Notes under the pieces: generated by a model
What the model was told of the DNA's origin: nothing
Database searches by the model: none
Seen by the model: only the letters and a program-made list of their open reading frames with translations
Position numbers and translations under genes: made by a program
DNA from: Emiliania huxleyi CCMP1516
Lineage: Eukaryota
DNA: 58,202 bases
Assembly (NCBI RefSeq): GCF_000372725.1
Contig: NW_005201392.1
Location: 252,521 to 310,722 of the forward strand
Reading direction: 5' to 3'
Shown here: one piece after another, positions 1 through 12,238 of the stretch
Layout: each line of letters begins with the position of its first letter
Position numbering within the stretch: position 1 is the first letter of the stretch

Positions 1-10
1 ATCACGCGAG

Positions 11-486
11 GCCGACTTTCGCGGCCGACACGGCACCTTCTACAACTTTTTCTCCGCGCCTGACTTCGGCGTCAACGTCAAGATGGAGGAGGCTCGCTTC
101 TTCCTGCACGGGGACAAGCTGACCGTGGATGGCACCTTCATCACCGAGGCGCCTCCGCCTCCCCCCCACCCCTCCCCCCGTCCCGCGCGAGGCCCGTGTC
201 ACCTTGCGCCGCGCGCCTAGGCGCACGTGGTCGTGCGCAACCGCAAGCTGGCTCAGACCAAGTGGGCCAACGCCTCCTACATCGCGGCGAATCTAAACGA
301 CTTCAACACGGGCTGGGCGTTCGTCCAGGGCAGCTGCGGCGGCGCAAACTTCACGCGCGGGCTCGGCAGCCCCAAGAAGGTCTGCGGAGGGCTGACCGTC
401 AAGACCACCTTTTCGGGCGCGTCCTTCACCGTCGGGAACTGGACGCTGACCGTCCACGGCAACTACGTCTATGGCCGCATCTCTGA
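11..486 (+). CDS. Partial gene running off the window start: VWD-like / extracellular beta-rich domain protein
   Basis: Exon ADFRGRHGTFYNFFSAPDFGVNVKMEE...DGTFITE (to 148), GC-AG intron 149-220, then exon AHVVVRNRK...GNYVYGRIS. The ADFRG..G..YNF.S motif resembles the start of VWD-like domains. 3' end unclear. Confidence 0.5.
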
Positions 487-1709
487 CCCCAGCACCGCCT
501 TGACCTCGCCTTCAAGGCCCGCGGCGACGCGCCCGCGCGCTCAGTGCCGCATGGCATCGTCGGCCAGGTCAGAGAGAGAGGGGGGGGGAGAGGGAGAGCT
601 TGCCGAGAATGGCAAAGAGATACAACATCTCCAGCGACACTGAGCGACTTGCGCCTTCTCCCGCTAGTCCTTCTCGTCGACGGCCCCGCGCCATGGGAAG
701 AAGGACGTCTATCCCAAGGAGGGCCGCACCGTGACCTCTGCGATGGTTTTTGCATAGCCAGCGCTCAGCCACACAACCTCACAAGCACCTGCACTCTACG
801 ATTGTGAAAGGGGGAGGGCGCGATCGAGGGACGTGCAGCACAGTACGAGGTCCCTGGGCCATTTGGGACGGACTTTGCTTTCTCCCGTTTCGAGGGCGGG
901 CGAAGTGCACCCAGCCGGGGCGCTCGAGCCGGGCCGGGCCTCACCCCTGCACTCTCTGTCCTCTAGGCGCCGAGGCGACTGCACCTCGCGAGGCAGCACG
1001 CCTGGCCGACATGGAGGCCGCGGCCACAGAGCGGTCGGAGTGAGCGCCATCCATGGCACCGCTTTTGCAACCCACTGGGCCTTGCACCTCTGCGGAGCGT
1101 GGTGCGAGAAGCAGGTGCGCTGTGGCGGTTTGCAAGGCGGTGTCGTACTGAGGGGGGCTGGGCGCTGCTCGCTTCCGGCGCTGCGCGCCTCCGTTTCTTC
1201 CCTGGTGGGGGGCGTGTGTTTCTTTCCCAACGCGCAACCCCCAAATTGATCGGTGAGGGAAACGGGCGGCATTTTCTACATCATCCCTCGCAGGTTGCGC
1301 GGTGTTTGTTCCCCCGATTCCACCACTCCTGGGTGGGGGTTTCTTTGCTTTTCTCGGGGGGTCTTNNNNNNNNNNNNNNNNNNNNNNNNNNNNNNNNNNN
1401 NNNNNNNNNNNNNNNNNNNNNNNNNNNNNNNNNNNNNNNNNNNNNNNNNNNNNNNNNNNNNNNNNTAGCCGCTTACAGTGCCTGGCCAGAGTGATTGCTT
1501 CACCAGAGCACGGCCTCGCCAGCGCACGGATGCGACAGCGCACGGCTGCGGGGGGGGGGGGGGCTTCGCCAACTTACCACCGCGGGCGGGCTGGGGCTCT
1601 GGGCGGGGAGTTAAGAGACTAGGTAAACAGCAATAGATCCGGCCCTCACGCGGCCTAATCGATACCCGGCCCTCACGGAATCGGTCCCAACACTACTGAT
1701 CTATCACAA

Positions 1710-4700
1710 CACTACTGATATCCTGGTCATTAGCTGCCAGGGATAGCGTCAGGAGCCGGTAGGAGTCAAAACCCCTCATATTTGAGACATCGTGGCCCAT
1801 ATACTCGTGCAACGAGCCATGCAGGCGGCGAGCACCGAGTTTATGTGGCCGACGGCGTGGGCGTGGATCCGGCATCCGCGGGTCGCCTTGGACGTTGCCT
1901 TCCAGCCAGTGCAGCCATCCTCCGGCCGATGGCTGCGATGGCTGTGTCCCGGCCATACACCCGGCCGCATGATGGCTGTCATACAGCCGTCGTGCTACCC
2001 AACGGCCAAAGGATATCCGAATTTCTTGCAAACTAGCCGCCCCCCCCCCTCGCTTGGAGCCAGTGTTCGCCATCGAGAAGCGGCCGCTGCTCGCTCAGGG
2101 GGGCACGCGCAAGCGGCCTCGCCCGCCCATCTCGCAAGCAGTAGAGTCGAGCGGCGGCGAGCTTCCACAGTCCTGCGAATCGGAGGCTGAGGATTCGCCG
2201 GCGGCGCGGCCGCTGTCCGCCGCCGTGGCGAGCGCCGCGTGCGACGGCGCGGAGGCCATCGGCCGCACCATGCTTTCCTGCTTTGGAGAGTGCTGCGGTG
2301 AGGATTTCCCAAGCGATGACGACGGCCTCGTCCTGCCAGTCGCGACCTCCTCAGCCTCTGGTCACAGACTCGCGCCGGACGGGACGATCCGGCCAGTGGC
2401 TGCGGCGGCGCCGGCGCCGCTGCCGCCGCCACAGCTGAGCGATCTCTCTGCCGCTGCGCGCTCCACCCTCGCCGCCGCCGGTCCCGCTCTCACCGTGCTC
2501 GACGCAAACGACGGCTGGCTTGTGATTCGCGACAACCGCAACCCGGCGGTGCGGCTGCGCTGGCTGCGTCGCACCGACGGCGTCCTCACCTGGGCGCAGC
2601 CGACGCCGCCGCTCCGCCCCCTCCCCTCCGACGTCGCGCGGATCGCGGCATGCGGCGAGCCTGCCCGCTTGGGAGGAGGCACCTTGCTGCCGGGCAGCAC
2701 ACCGCGGCACCACCCTCACAATACCTCGCGACGACGGCCACGATAGGCGCGGCAGCCGAGCTCGTCTCTCCTGACGCCGCGCCGCTCGCACCGGCGCACC
2801 AGTCAACCGCCCCGCCCACGCCCCTCTTCGGAATCTACGTTGCAGCCGAGGCGTCGCCAGAGGGAAGCGGCCTTTCTGAGCCTCGACGCCGCGCCTCACA
2901 CCGCGAGACGCGCCTGCGAGTAGGCTTTCTTTGGGGCGCCCGCCGACGCCGCTTACCCGGCGTCGCGCAGGGGCAACCACCCCCCCCCCCCTCCCTTCCC
3001 CCCTCCCTTCCCCCCCCCCTACCAGAGCTCTAAGTTTAGACTCGTCNNNNNNNNNNNNNNNNNNNNNNNNNNNNNNNNNNNNNNNNNNNNNNNNNNNNNN
3101 NNNNNNNNNNNNNNNNNNNNNNNNNNNNNNNNNNNNNNNNNNNNNNNNNNNNNNNNNNNNNNNNNNNNNNNNNNNNNNNNNNNNNNNNNNNNNNNNNNNN
3201 NNNNNNNNNNNNNNNNNNNNNNNNNNNNNNNNNNNNNNNNNNNNNNNNNNNNNNNNNNNNNNNNNNNNNNNNNNNNNNNNNNNNNNNNNNNNNNNNNNNN
3301 NNNNNNNNNNNNNNNNNNNNNNNNNNNNNNNNNNNNNNCCCCTTCCCCAACCAATCCCCAACCCCGCTGCAAGGGAAGCTGCGGTAATAACCGCCCAGCG
3401 GGAGGGCGCGGACGTGCCCGAATCTTGGCTTCCGGCCAACTTGTTGGTCGACGTGGGAGGCCCGCTCACCGCGGCGAAAAGCGGCACTCCCTACATCACG
3501 AAGCTCTGGCGCGAGATCAGCCGAGATCTACCGCCCGAGATCGAGCAGAGATCACCAGCCGAGATCGAGGAGATATGCCAGCCGGCTGGCCGGATGTGAG
3601 AGGCAGCGATGAGGCTCACTGACGCGAGATCGGCCGACCCTCGCACAACCCGCCTAGAGCACAGACCCCCGACACGCGGCAGGGGAAGAAAAGTATATGC
3701 TTCCCCGGCTGTGTTGTCGCCGCGATGGGGCAGCGCGCGAATGCGCCGCCGCTGCAGTTGGCATGCAGCGTCCGCAGCCCATGCAGAGCGATGGAGCACA
3801 GACCACAGACGGCGGGGTGCGTCAGACGACAGCGATGCGGCGGAGCACACGCCCCAGACGGGCGGCCGGGGCCGAGGGGCTGCATCGCTGCATCGCACGC
3901 ACGCTCGGACGGGCAGTCAAGGACGGCCACTCGGCGAAACCGGGACGGGGCGGCCACACACGCGCGAACTGAAAAGGGGACCAGACCCGCCCCCCCGCGC
4001 CCCCCCACCGGGAGGGCCTCTGGAGCGTCTCACGGCTGCTCGCTTACCGCACGCAGGCACATGATCGACTACCGGCTGCGCGGCGCCAGCTTTGCTGCCG
4101 CCGACGCCGAGTGGGAGGCGGCGAACAAGCCGGGCTTCCGGTGCGTGCTTGGCACGTGGGACGCGTGCAAGACACTCTCGAGACACTCTCGAGACACTTC
4201 CGAGACACTTCCGAGACACTTCCGAGACACTTCCGAGACACTTCCGAGACACTTCCGAGACACTTCCGAGACACTTGCCGGACAAGACTGCCTTGTGCTC
4301 GCTGCGTCGTGACATTTCGCGTGCACCCTGCGGCACCGAGCGCTTACAGCAGCGCCTCACTCCACAGCTGCTGTAATCTGCTGCTCACGGCACTAGATAT
4401 AATTTCAGCACGCATGCAGTGACTTCTCTACAGCGCTGCTCCACAGCACTGCTCGACCCCGTCAGCCACCGACGGCGCTCACTCCACAGGCGCCGCGACC
4501 CTCCCGAAACCCTCCCCACGCGCCGCAGGTACGGGCTTGGCGGCAAGCACATGCGCAGCGACGCCGCCTCGTCGCAGCTGGCCTCCGCGCCCGACGGCCA
4601 CTTCCTCAACCGGTATTGCACATCGGCGATCATGGAGGACAAGGCACGCACCAGAGAGAAGCTCCACCGAATAGATTCCTCCCCCGCCACTCTCGCTTCC

Positions 4701-5826
4701 GGTCCCACGGCTGCCGCCACGCTGGCCCGTGCCCGCGCAGAGCTCGTCGCCCGCCACCCCACTGACCCGGCCACTTGGTGGCCGCTGGGCACAACGCACA
4801 GCCCCCGACCACGACATAGGCGGAGGTGTGGGCGGCGCTCATGTGCTACGCCCTCACCCTTTCGACCGAGCCGCTGCGCGCAAAAGGGAGGCTGCTGCAA
4901 AAGGCGCGCCCCCGTCCCGCCGGGCGGTGCATGCCTTGATGTAGCCTCTCGACTCACGCCTTGGGCCGTGGCTCCGGTAGCGCGCCGCTGAGCTCTGCCC
5001 GCTCCTCAACGACGCGTGGTGGGAGTCCGTCTACACGGCGCAGGTTCGCAGCCCCTAACCCCCTCCCCACCCGCCTCGCCCCCGCCCCCTCCATTGGCGA
5101 GAGACTCTGGCGCCGGAGAAGCGCCCACCTCGTCATCCCTCCTCCAACCACGACCACGGACGCAGCGTCACGCTGAGCTAAGCACGGCAGGCGACGCGTC
5201 AAAATTTGTGGGAGCGACACGCGTCGCCCGACAACGGGACCATCTATCACCACTATTTGACCGGCGAGGTGCGAACGGAGGCGGACCCGCCCGAGGGCTG
5301 GTCCATCGATAGCGCGTGACGTGCGCTCGGGCGGGGCCGTCTGAGGGCAGCGTCCGGTGCGACCGCGAGAGGGGGGCTTGGGCTTGCTCTGGGCCTCTGG
5401 CCCTCTCTCACAGAGTCTCTCTCCTCTCCCGTAGGTCCATGGAGAGCGGTGGCACTGGCAATCGCCGGTCGCAGTGCGGTGTGTGGACACGTGATGCGCC
5501 ACAAGGCGAGCCGCGCGAGCGGGAGCGCGTGTCCGCGCACTCCCGTAGCCCGGTCGAACACCCCGGGTCGCGATTTTGGGAAGTGAATACGGGGGCTTTT
5601 TTATGATGAAATAAGAATCTAATGCCCGAGAGAAGCACATAGACACCCACATGGTTGACCAACCCTTACTGGGCTGGGTTTTTAGGCATTGTGGGGTTGG
5701 CACTCCCATCGATCCTCGGGTTGTTGCACGAGTATATGGGACACGATGTCTCAAATATGAGGGGCTTTGACTCCTACCAGCTCCTGACGCTATCCCTGGC
5801 AGCTCTAATGACCAGGATCAGTAGTG
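1710..5826. mobile_element. CACTA/EnSpm-like TIR pair (about 104 bp each) enclosing about 4.1 kb; no transposase recognised
   Basis: 1710-1813 starts CACTACTGAT and is a near-identical reverse complement of 5723-5826, which ends ATCAGTAGTG. The terminus is locally duplicated at 1691-1700 and a partial third copy lies at about 6447-6470. No clear 3-bp TSD. Confidence 0.55.
4169..4278. repeat. 11-bp tandem repeat (GAGACACTTCC)n, intron-type
   Basis: Directly visible, about 9 copies. Confidence 0.95.
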
Positions 5827-7126
5827 CTATAATAGAGGGTGCCCATACTAGCGCAGGAGCTGCCACACTCGCCCGGACCGTCCCCTTCTGGGGCCGGTTC
5901 CGCAGCCCGCGAGAGCCGACAGCGGGGCCGTGCCGCGGGTGCCTACTGCCGAGTGCCACAAACACTGCGCCGTCCCGCCATCACCTACAGGCTGTCTTGT
6001 GTGATGGTTGGGATGTCCAAACGCCACCATCTTGGCTCTTGCGACCTCAAACCCGCGAGCTGTATGGGTGGTCCTGACGTCGACAGACGCCCGAGGACCA
6101 CGGTGAAGCTGAGCTGGAACGAGTCGACAAGTCTCGTCTGAGCCCGTGGCGGTCGCCGGCTGAGTCGCTGTGCACGGACCGGTACCTCAGGCGTCACCTC
6201 CGCAGCCTCAGGTCTCACACTCCATCACCTCCGCCGGGACGCCATCGGTGGCACGCTCGGCGGCGAGTTTGTGGCAGCTCCACAGCGAGCGCGGCATCGA
6301 GCCTATTCGGTCTGGTCGGTTAGGCGCACTCCCTGGGTGCCAGGGAGTGCGCCGAACGCGCGAGCGGTGCGTCCTGGCAGCCCGCGCTGGCTCCGGAGCT
6401 GCCACAAACTCGAGACACGCTTTTTTGGGACATTTTCGACGCTTTTGTCCCATATTCGTGCAACAACCCCCTCATGACCTCCTGCGGTCTCTGAGATGGA
6501 CACTCCAGTGGGTGTGGGACCACAGCCAGGATACACTCGAAGGCTGGGTAAGCAGTAGAGGTCGATACTCGACGCGTCCCACATGGTATGTGTCGCTGTC
6601 GGCACGCTGTCGACAGGACGTCGAGCGACACCGGGGTGGCAGTGCCACCCAGGAGTGGTCGGTCGGTCTCCCGTCATGAGAGAGCCACCATGTGATCCGT
6701 ATGATGGTTCCTGACAACCGCCCCAGTCAACTTTCGTCACAGTTCCCGCTCTGAGAGGAGCTGCAGGTCCGTTTGCGAAGGGGGAATTTATTTGTTTGGG
6801 GTGTGTGTTCGACCGGGCTAGCAGAATCTCCGAGTGGCACTCCGCTCGTGACACGACGGGGGGCCTCGAGAGTCGGAGAGCGCGAGCGGTGCGCTGGAGG
6901 GAGAGCGTCAAGCATTTTTCAGTACTTTTATGTAGATTGTGCATCGAGTGGTACAGTTTCGGACAACACACCCCCGTCAGCGTCACAGCGCTCAGCGGGG
7001 CGGCGCGAAACCCGAAATACATGCGCGTCGAGGACAGAGAGAAAGTGGGGCGGGCTCCCAACGGCCGAGAAGTGGGTACGCTGCAGCCGTGGTCCTCGTG
7101 CCCCCCGACGAGATATGGGCTGCTGC

Positions 7127-10100
7127 TCACGCCGCGGCGGCGCGCGGCGCCTCCTCGTCGGCGAGCTCGTCGGGGAGCGCGTCGAGCGACGCCTGGGTGC
7201 GGGATGGGAGGTGGCGCGTCCTGGAGAGGGTCGAGTGTCTGTGGAGGCGATGTGGACTCTGGATCTCGTGTGGCCGTTGGTGTCGTGGGCAGTGGCTCGC
7301 CTTGAGCGACGCAATGAGATCCTCCTTGTGCTCGATGCCGACCGACAGCCGCACAAACCCGTCCGTGATGCCGACCTTGAGCCGGTCTTCCGCGAGCATG
7401 TTTGCGTGCGTCATCACGGCGGGGCACGTGCAGATCGACTCGAGCGCGCCGAGGTTCTCGCAGAGCGACCACGGCCGCTGGATCGAATCCATGAGCGCGC
7501 GGCCCGCCGCGGTGCCGCCCTTGACCTCGAACCAGAGCATGCCGCCGTGCAGGCCTGTGAGACGTGTCAGGGACGAGTCAGGCGGGGAGTGCAAGTGGTG
7601 CGCGCGCGCGTGCGTGCGTGCGTGCGTGTGTGCGTGCGTGTGTAGGGGTGTGTAGGGGTGTGTAGGGGTGTGGGGGGGTGGGCCGTTCGCGCGCCGTTCA
7701 TGTGCTGCCGGTCGGCGAGCTCTTTCTGCGGGAAGGAGGCGAGCCCAGGGTAGCGAACCACGTCCACCTGAACGTGTCGTGGACGTGTCGTGGACGTGTC
7801 GTGGGCGTGTCGTGGACGTGTCGCGGACGTGTCGTGGACGTGTCGCGGACGTGTCGCGGACGTGTCGTGGACGTGTCGCGGACGTGTCGTGGACGTGTCG
7901 CGGACGTGTCGCGGACGTGTCGTGGACGTGTCGCGGACGTGTCGTGGACGTGTCGTGGACGTGACGTGGACGTGTCTCGCTCAGCCAGCGCAGTCCCACC
8001 TTTGGATGCCGCTCGAGGAACTCGGCAATCGCCTGCGACGCGGGCGCGAGCCGTGTGAGGCCGCCTCACAGGGACGGTGCCGCTCGACCCGCTCGGGCGG
8101 TGGCCTGCGCGTTCTCGCACTGCTGCCGCACGCGCAGCGCGAGCGTCTTGGCCGTCTGCAGCGTGTAGAAGGCCTACGAGAGGGGAAGGAGACGGGTTGG
8201 CGCGCGGGGGAGCCTGCAGCCTCGTGGCCCTGCACTCGTGGCCGCTGGAGGTTGGAGTGGGGTGAGGTGGACAAGCACATGCACATGTAGCATGTGGGTG
8301 GGGGGCGGCGGGGCATGAGGAGAAGTGGGAGGTGGGGGGGCATCTAGGGCAAGGCGCGTTTTGCGGGCTCATGATGTTTCCGTGCACGTTTTGCATGTGC
8401 TTGACGCGCTCGTGCAGCTCGGGCGAGGCCGCGACCACCGCGCCGCCAACCTAGGGGAGTCCGCTCAGGATGTGTGGCAGCCCCGTTGGCTGCGTGTCTT
8501 GTCTTGTGGCTCTGTGTGCCGCTCCAGCGTGCCGCAATCTCCCGCCTAGCGTCTTCCCACACCGCGCTGGTTCCCAGCCGGTGAGGGCTTCTGCAGCTCG
8601 AGTGTCTCGTCTTGTGGCTCTGTGTGTCGCTCCTGTGTGACCGTCATCGCCCGTCCCGCGTCCACCCATACCGCGCTGGTGTCCAGCCGTCGGTCGGACT
8701 GTGTTTCGCCTTCCGATCTATCTATCTGCCCGNNNNNNNNNNNNNNNNNNNNNNNNNNNNNNNNNNNNNNNNNNNNNNNNNNNNNNNNNNNNNNNNNNNN
8801 NNNNNNNNNNNNNNNNNNNNNNNNNNNNNNNNGCCACTGAGTGACCGCGTGCAGGAGACCGGAGAGGGGAGGCGGGGCACTTTGCGAGCGCGGAGACGGC
8901 GGAGAGGTCGGTGAGCGTGAGGGTGGGGTTCGCCGGCGACTCGGAAAAGATGAGCCTGAAAACGGGCTCCCGAGCCAATCGTGTGCAGCGTGTGTGTGCG
9001 TGTGGGCCCGTCCTCCATGCTGGGAGGTGTGTCAGACTGCCTGACTGGCTGCGCCTGAAAGGGTGGGTCCGCCAACCTCGGGGTGGGAGGACGGCCTTGC
9101 GCGGCACATTCAGAGCACCTCCCGAGCACGCGGGCTACGAATACAGCGAGGACAGCCAACTGCGGCCGACTACCGCGGAGTGCGTCCTCTCGAGCGCAGG
9201 TGGGACGAGCGCGGCAGTCTTCCGCTTCTAGGATGGCCGGGCTTTGTGTTTGGCTTGAGGTGGGCCTCAATGTTTGCCTGGGGGCGCGGGCAGGGAGAGA
9301 GGGTGAGGGACGCGGCGGCGAACCAAAGGGGCTTCGGGACGCAGCGACGCGGTGAGGGGCGCGGTGAGTCAGAGGCGGTGAGTGCCGACGGTTGTGACCG
9401 TGGGCACTCGTCGTGGCCGGGGGTGTCCAGGCGGGCAGGGCGAGAGCAGAGGTGATCGCGCTGGTGTGGACGGATTGAGGTTGCGTGTTGGCACTGTCGG
9501 AGGCAAGAGCGGCGAGGGCCCTGGGGGCGTGGTGCACCAGCGAGCGCCCCGTTCCCTGCCCTGCCCCCTCTCGCCCTTGCTCTCGCCCCCTCCATGCCCT
9601 CACCCCCGTACCCCTCCCTCCACCCTCTTCCCCAACCCCAACCCACTGGCGTCCGAAGCACTTCGATCGAGCCTGCTGTGGGAACAGCTGACGCTGGGGG
9701 GCGAGGCGGACTCGGCGCAAAGCCTTGCGCACTTGTCCGCAGGGCAACACAGCGAAGAAGGGAGATGTGGGGAGATGTGGGGAGATGTGGGGAGATGTGG
9801 GGAGATGTGGGGAGATGTGGGGAGGTGTGGGGAGATGTGGGGAGGCGTGGGGAGATGTGGGGAGATGTGGGGAGATGTGGGGAGATGTGGGGAGGCGTGG
9901 GGAGATGTGGGGAGGCGTGGGGAGATGTGGGGAGGCGTGGGGAGATGTGGGGAGATGTGGGGAGATGTGGGGAGATGCGGGGAGATGTGGGGAGATGTGG
10001 GGAGATGTGGGGAGGTGTGGGGAGGTGTGGGGAGGTGTGGGGAGATGTGGGGAGATGTGGGGAGATGTGGGGAGGTGTGGGGAGATGTGGGGAGATGTGG

Positions 10101-11345
10101 GGAGGTGTGGGGAGGCGTTGGGGGTTCTCACAGCGTGAACATTCACGGACCGGCTGACTGTGTACAGCGGAAGAGGCGCGGAGTCTGGGACGAGCGCCAG
10201 TGGGTGGTCTCCTCCTCTTGGAGGTGGACGAGCGGGCTGCGCCGTGGGGCAGCGAGTCGCGCCGTCGCGGTCATCGGGGTGGCGCGGCCGGCGAGAGAGG
10301 GCGCGGCCGGCGAGAGAGGGCGACGTGTGCTTAGCGGTGGCGGGGTCTGCAGAGAGCGCGCACCAGCTCGGTGAAGTCGATAAAGTCGAACTCCATGCCC
10401 ATGTCGGTGAAGAGGGTCCGGCACGCGCGGTTGGTGCCGCCGTACGAGCAGTTCGTGATGACGCAGTGGTCGCCCGCCTGCAGACAGACGCGAGAAGCTG
10501 CCAGCCCGCTCGGTCTCTAGGTCTCCCCTCTCAATGAGCACCTCTATGCACGCTCGAGGTGGCCTTATCTTATGGAGGGGAGAACTAGAAGCATCATCTA
10601 GGAGGGAGCCCCCCCCCCCCCCCGCCCGAACCGCCGATACCCCCTCTCGCGCCTGCATCGTTGAGGTGATCACCGCGATGGTCGCAGCCCTGCCGGTGCT
10701 GAAGCAAGCGGCACCTACAGGCGCGGAAGCGTCCGCAGAAGCGGGCGTGAGGGCGGGCGTTAGAAAGCCGCGGCCGCCAGATTGTGCGGCGGCCGTTAAG
10801 GTGGCAATGAAGACTGGCGGCGAGGGTGGCGACCGGCTAACCGCGGTGGTGGCGGCGGCGGTAACGAGGCACCGTAGCCGCCCTCGAGCTCTGCGATCTT
10901 GTTTTCGAGGACGGTGACCGTGGGGTTGTTTGTGCGCGAGTACGAGTAGCCCTTGGCGAGATACTCGTCGACCGACTCCTGCACGTACGTCGTCGACTGC
11001 AGGGAGGGGTGTTGCCGGGGCGGGCGTCAGGCGTGAGGGCCACAGCGCAGCAGCCTCGGTCTTCGCTGGCTGCTGTGAGCAGCCGCGCCTGGTAGACCGG
11101 CGTGAGGATGGCGCCGGTAATGGGGTCAGGGTCGACGCCGGCGTGCACGAGCTTACTGCCAGGCAAACAGGCGAGGGGTCAAGCTGGCTCCCGCTCCGGC
11201 GGCGGTTGGCGGGGCGGGACGCGCACGTTTCGGTGTGCAGGTCGTCCTTATTCCGCACCCACTGGCCAGACTTGAGCGCCAGCGTGCGGTACGTGCCGCT
11301 GCTGGGAGCTATCCTCGCCGCGGAGCGCGACACAGAGCGGAGCAT
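7127..11345 (-). CDS. Cys/Met metabolism PLP-dependent enzyme (cystathionine gamma-lyase / gamma-synthase family), multi-exon, probable mitochondrial presequence
   Basis: Exons encode MLRSVSRSAARIA..., SKLVHAGVDPDPITGAILTPVYQ, STTYVQ...YSYSRTNNPT, CFSTGRAA, GDHCVITNCSYGGT, LIFSESPANPTL, VGGAVVA, VRYPGLASFPQ and GGMLWFEV...CENLGALES...THA...FVRLSVGIE. The PLP-lysine exon probably falls in the N gap 8733-8832. Confidence 0.92.
7772..7977. repeat. Intronic 11-bp tandem repeat (GGACGTGTCGY)n
   Basis: Directly visible inside an intron of the PLP-enzyme gene. Confidence 0.95.
9760..10122. repeat. Intronic 10-bp tandem repeat (GGGAGATGTG)n with GGT/GGC variants
   Basis: Directly visible, about 35 copies. 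Confidence 0.97.
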
Positions 11346-11499
11346 AAGGCTTCGCTCACCTCGCGTTCTTGATTCTCGTCTGTCTTCACACGGAGTGACA
11401 GATAGACGAGAAGTGGCCCCAGGCTGGGAAGAGGACCGCCGCAAGCGGCGTGGCGTGGGGCGGTTGAGCATCCCTCCGGGGGCCCCTCTGCGCCGGGGA

Positions 11500-11884
11500 G
11501 GGGGCATGGGCGGTGCGGCCCGCGCCGCGCGCGGGCGCGTGGCAGCCCGTGAGTGCCGACGGTCTCGGGCACCGCACCCGTGCTGCCACAAAGCACAATG
11601 TGCTGCCACAAAGCACCACTAGCGATTTCGCGCGGAGGGCGTAGTGAAGTGCTGGGGCGCTCACTGTGTGTTATTCGGGTGGGGATCCATCAGTGGTACC
11701 GGTAAGCGGCTTTAGTCACAGATCCAAGCTCAGACGTCACACCAACACCACAAACACGCTCACTTCGCCGCTGCTGTAGATGGGCCTCCGGGGGCCCATG
11801 CTACGTCGAAGCACAGACCCGATCTCGGCACTCACGGGCTGCCACGCGCCCGCGCGCGGCGCGGGCCGCACCGCCCATGCCCCC
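11500..11884. repeat. Perfect 60-bp inverted repeat (11500-11559 / 11825-11884) upstream of the PLP-enzyme gene
   Basis: GGGGGCATGGGCGGTGCGG...GAGTGCCGA and its exact reverse complement 265 bp downstream. Confidence 0.9.
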
Positions 11885-12238
11885 GGGTCACCGACCCCGC
11901 CTCTCGGCCCTCTCGGCCCTCAGGAGCGTGCGGGAGACCGGCGAGGGGCGCGCCGCGCGCCGCCTGCAGCCTGCAGCGCCGCCAGAGGCATTGTCGCCTC
12001 CGCTGGCGGGGTTCCCGCGCGCCCACCCGCGCCCGCGCCCGCCCACGCCGCGCCCGCGGGCTCCGGATGCGCCGCCCTCCGTCTCCTTCTTCTCGATGGC
12101 AGTCCGCACGTGCTTGTCGACGGGTCGGCGGCGTGGTCGAGGGGAAGGTCGCCGGCGGCCGCAACTCCGCCGCCGTCGCTCCGCCGGCTCTGATCGAGTA
12201 TCGGGCGTTGAGGGCGGCGGCGCAAAGCGGGTCTGGCG

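Noticed and set aside
7772..10122. Regular repeats superficially like CRISPR arrays or repeat proteins
   Set aside because: No unique spacers and no cas genes; they are intronic 10-11 bp tandem repeats, and the ORFs through them are spurious.
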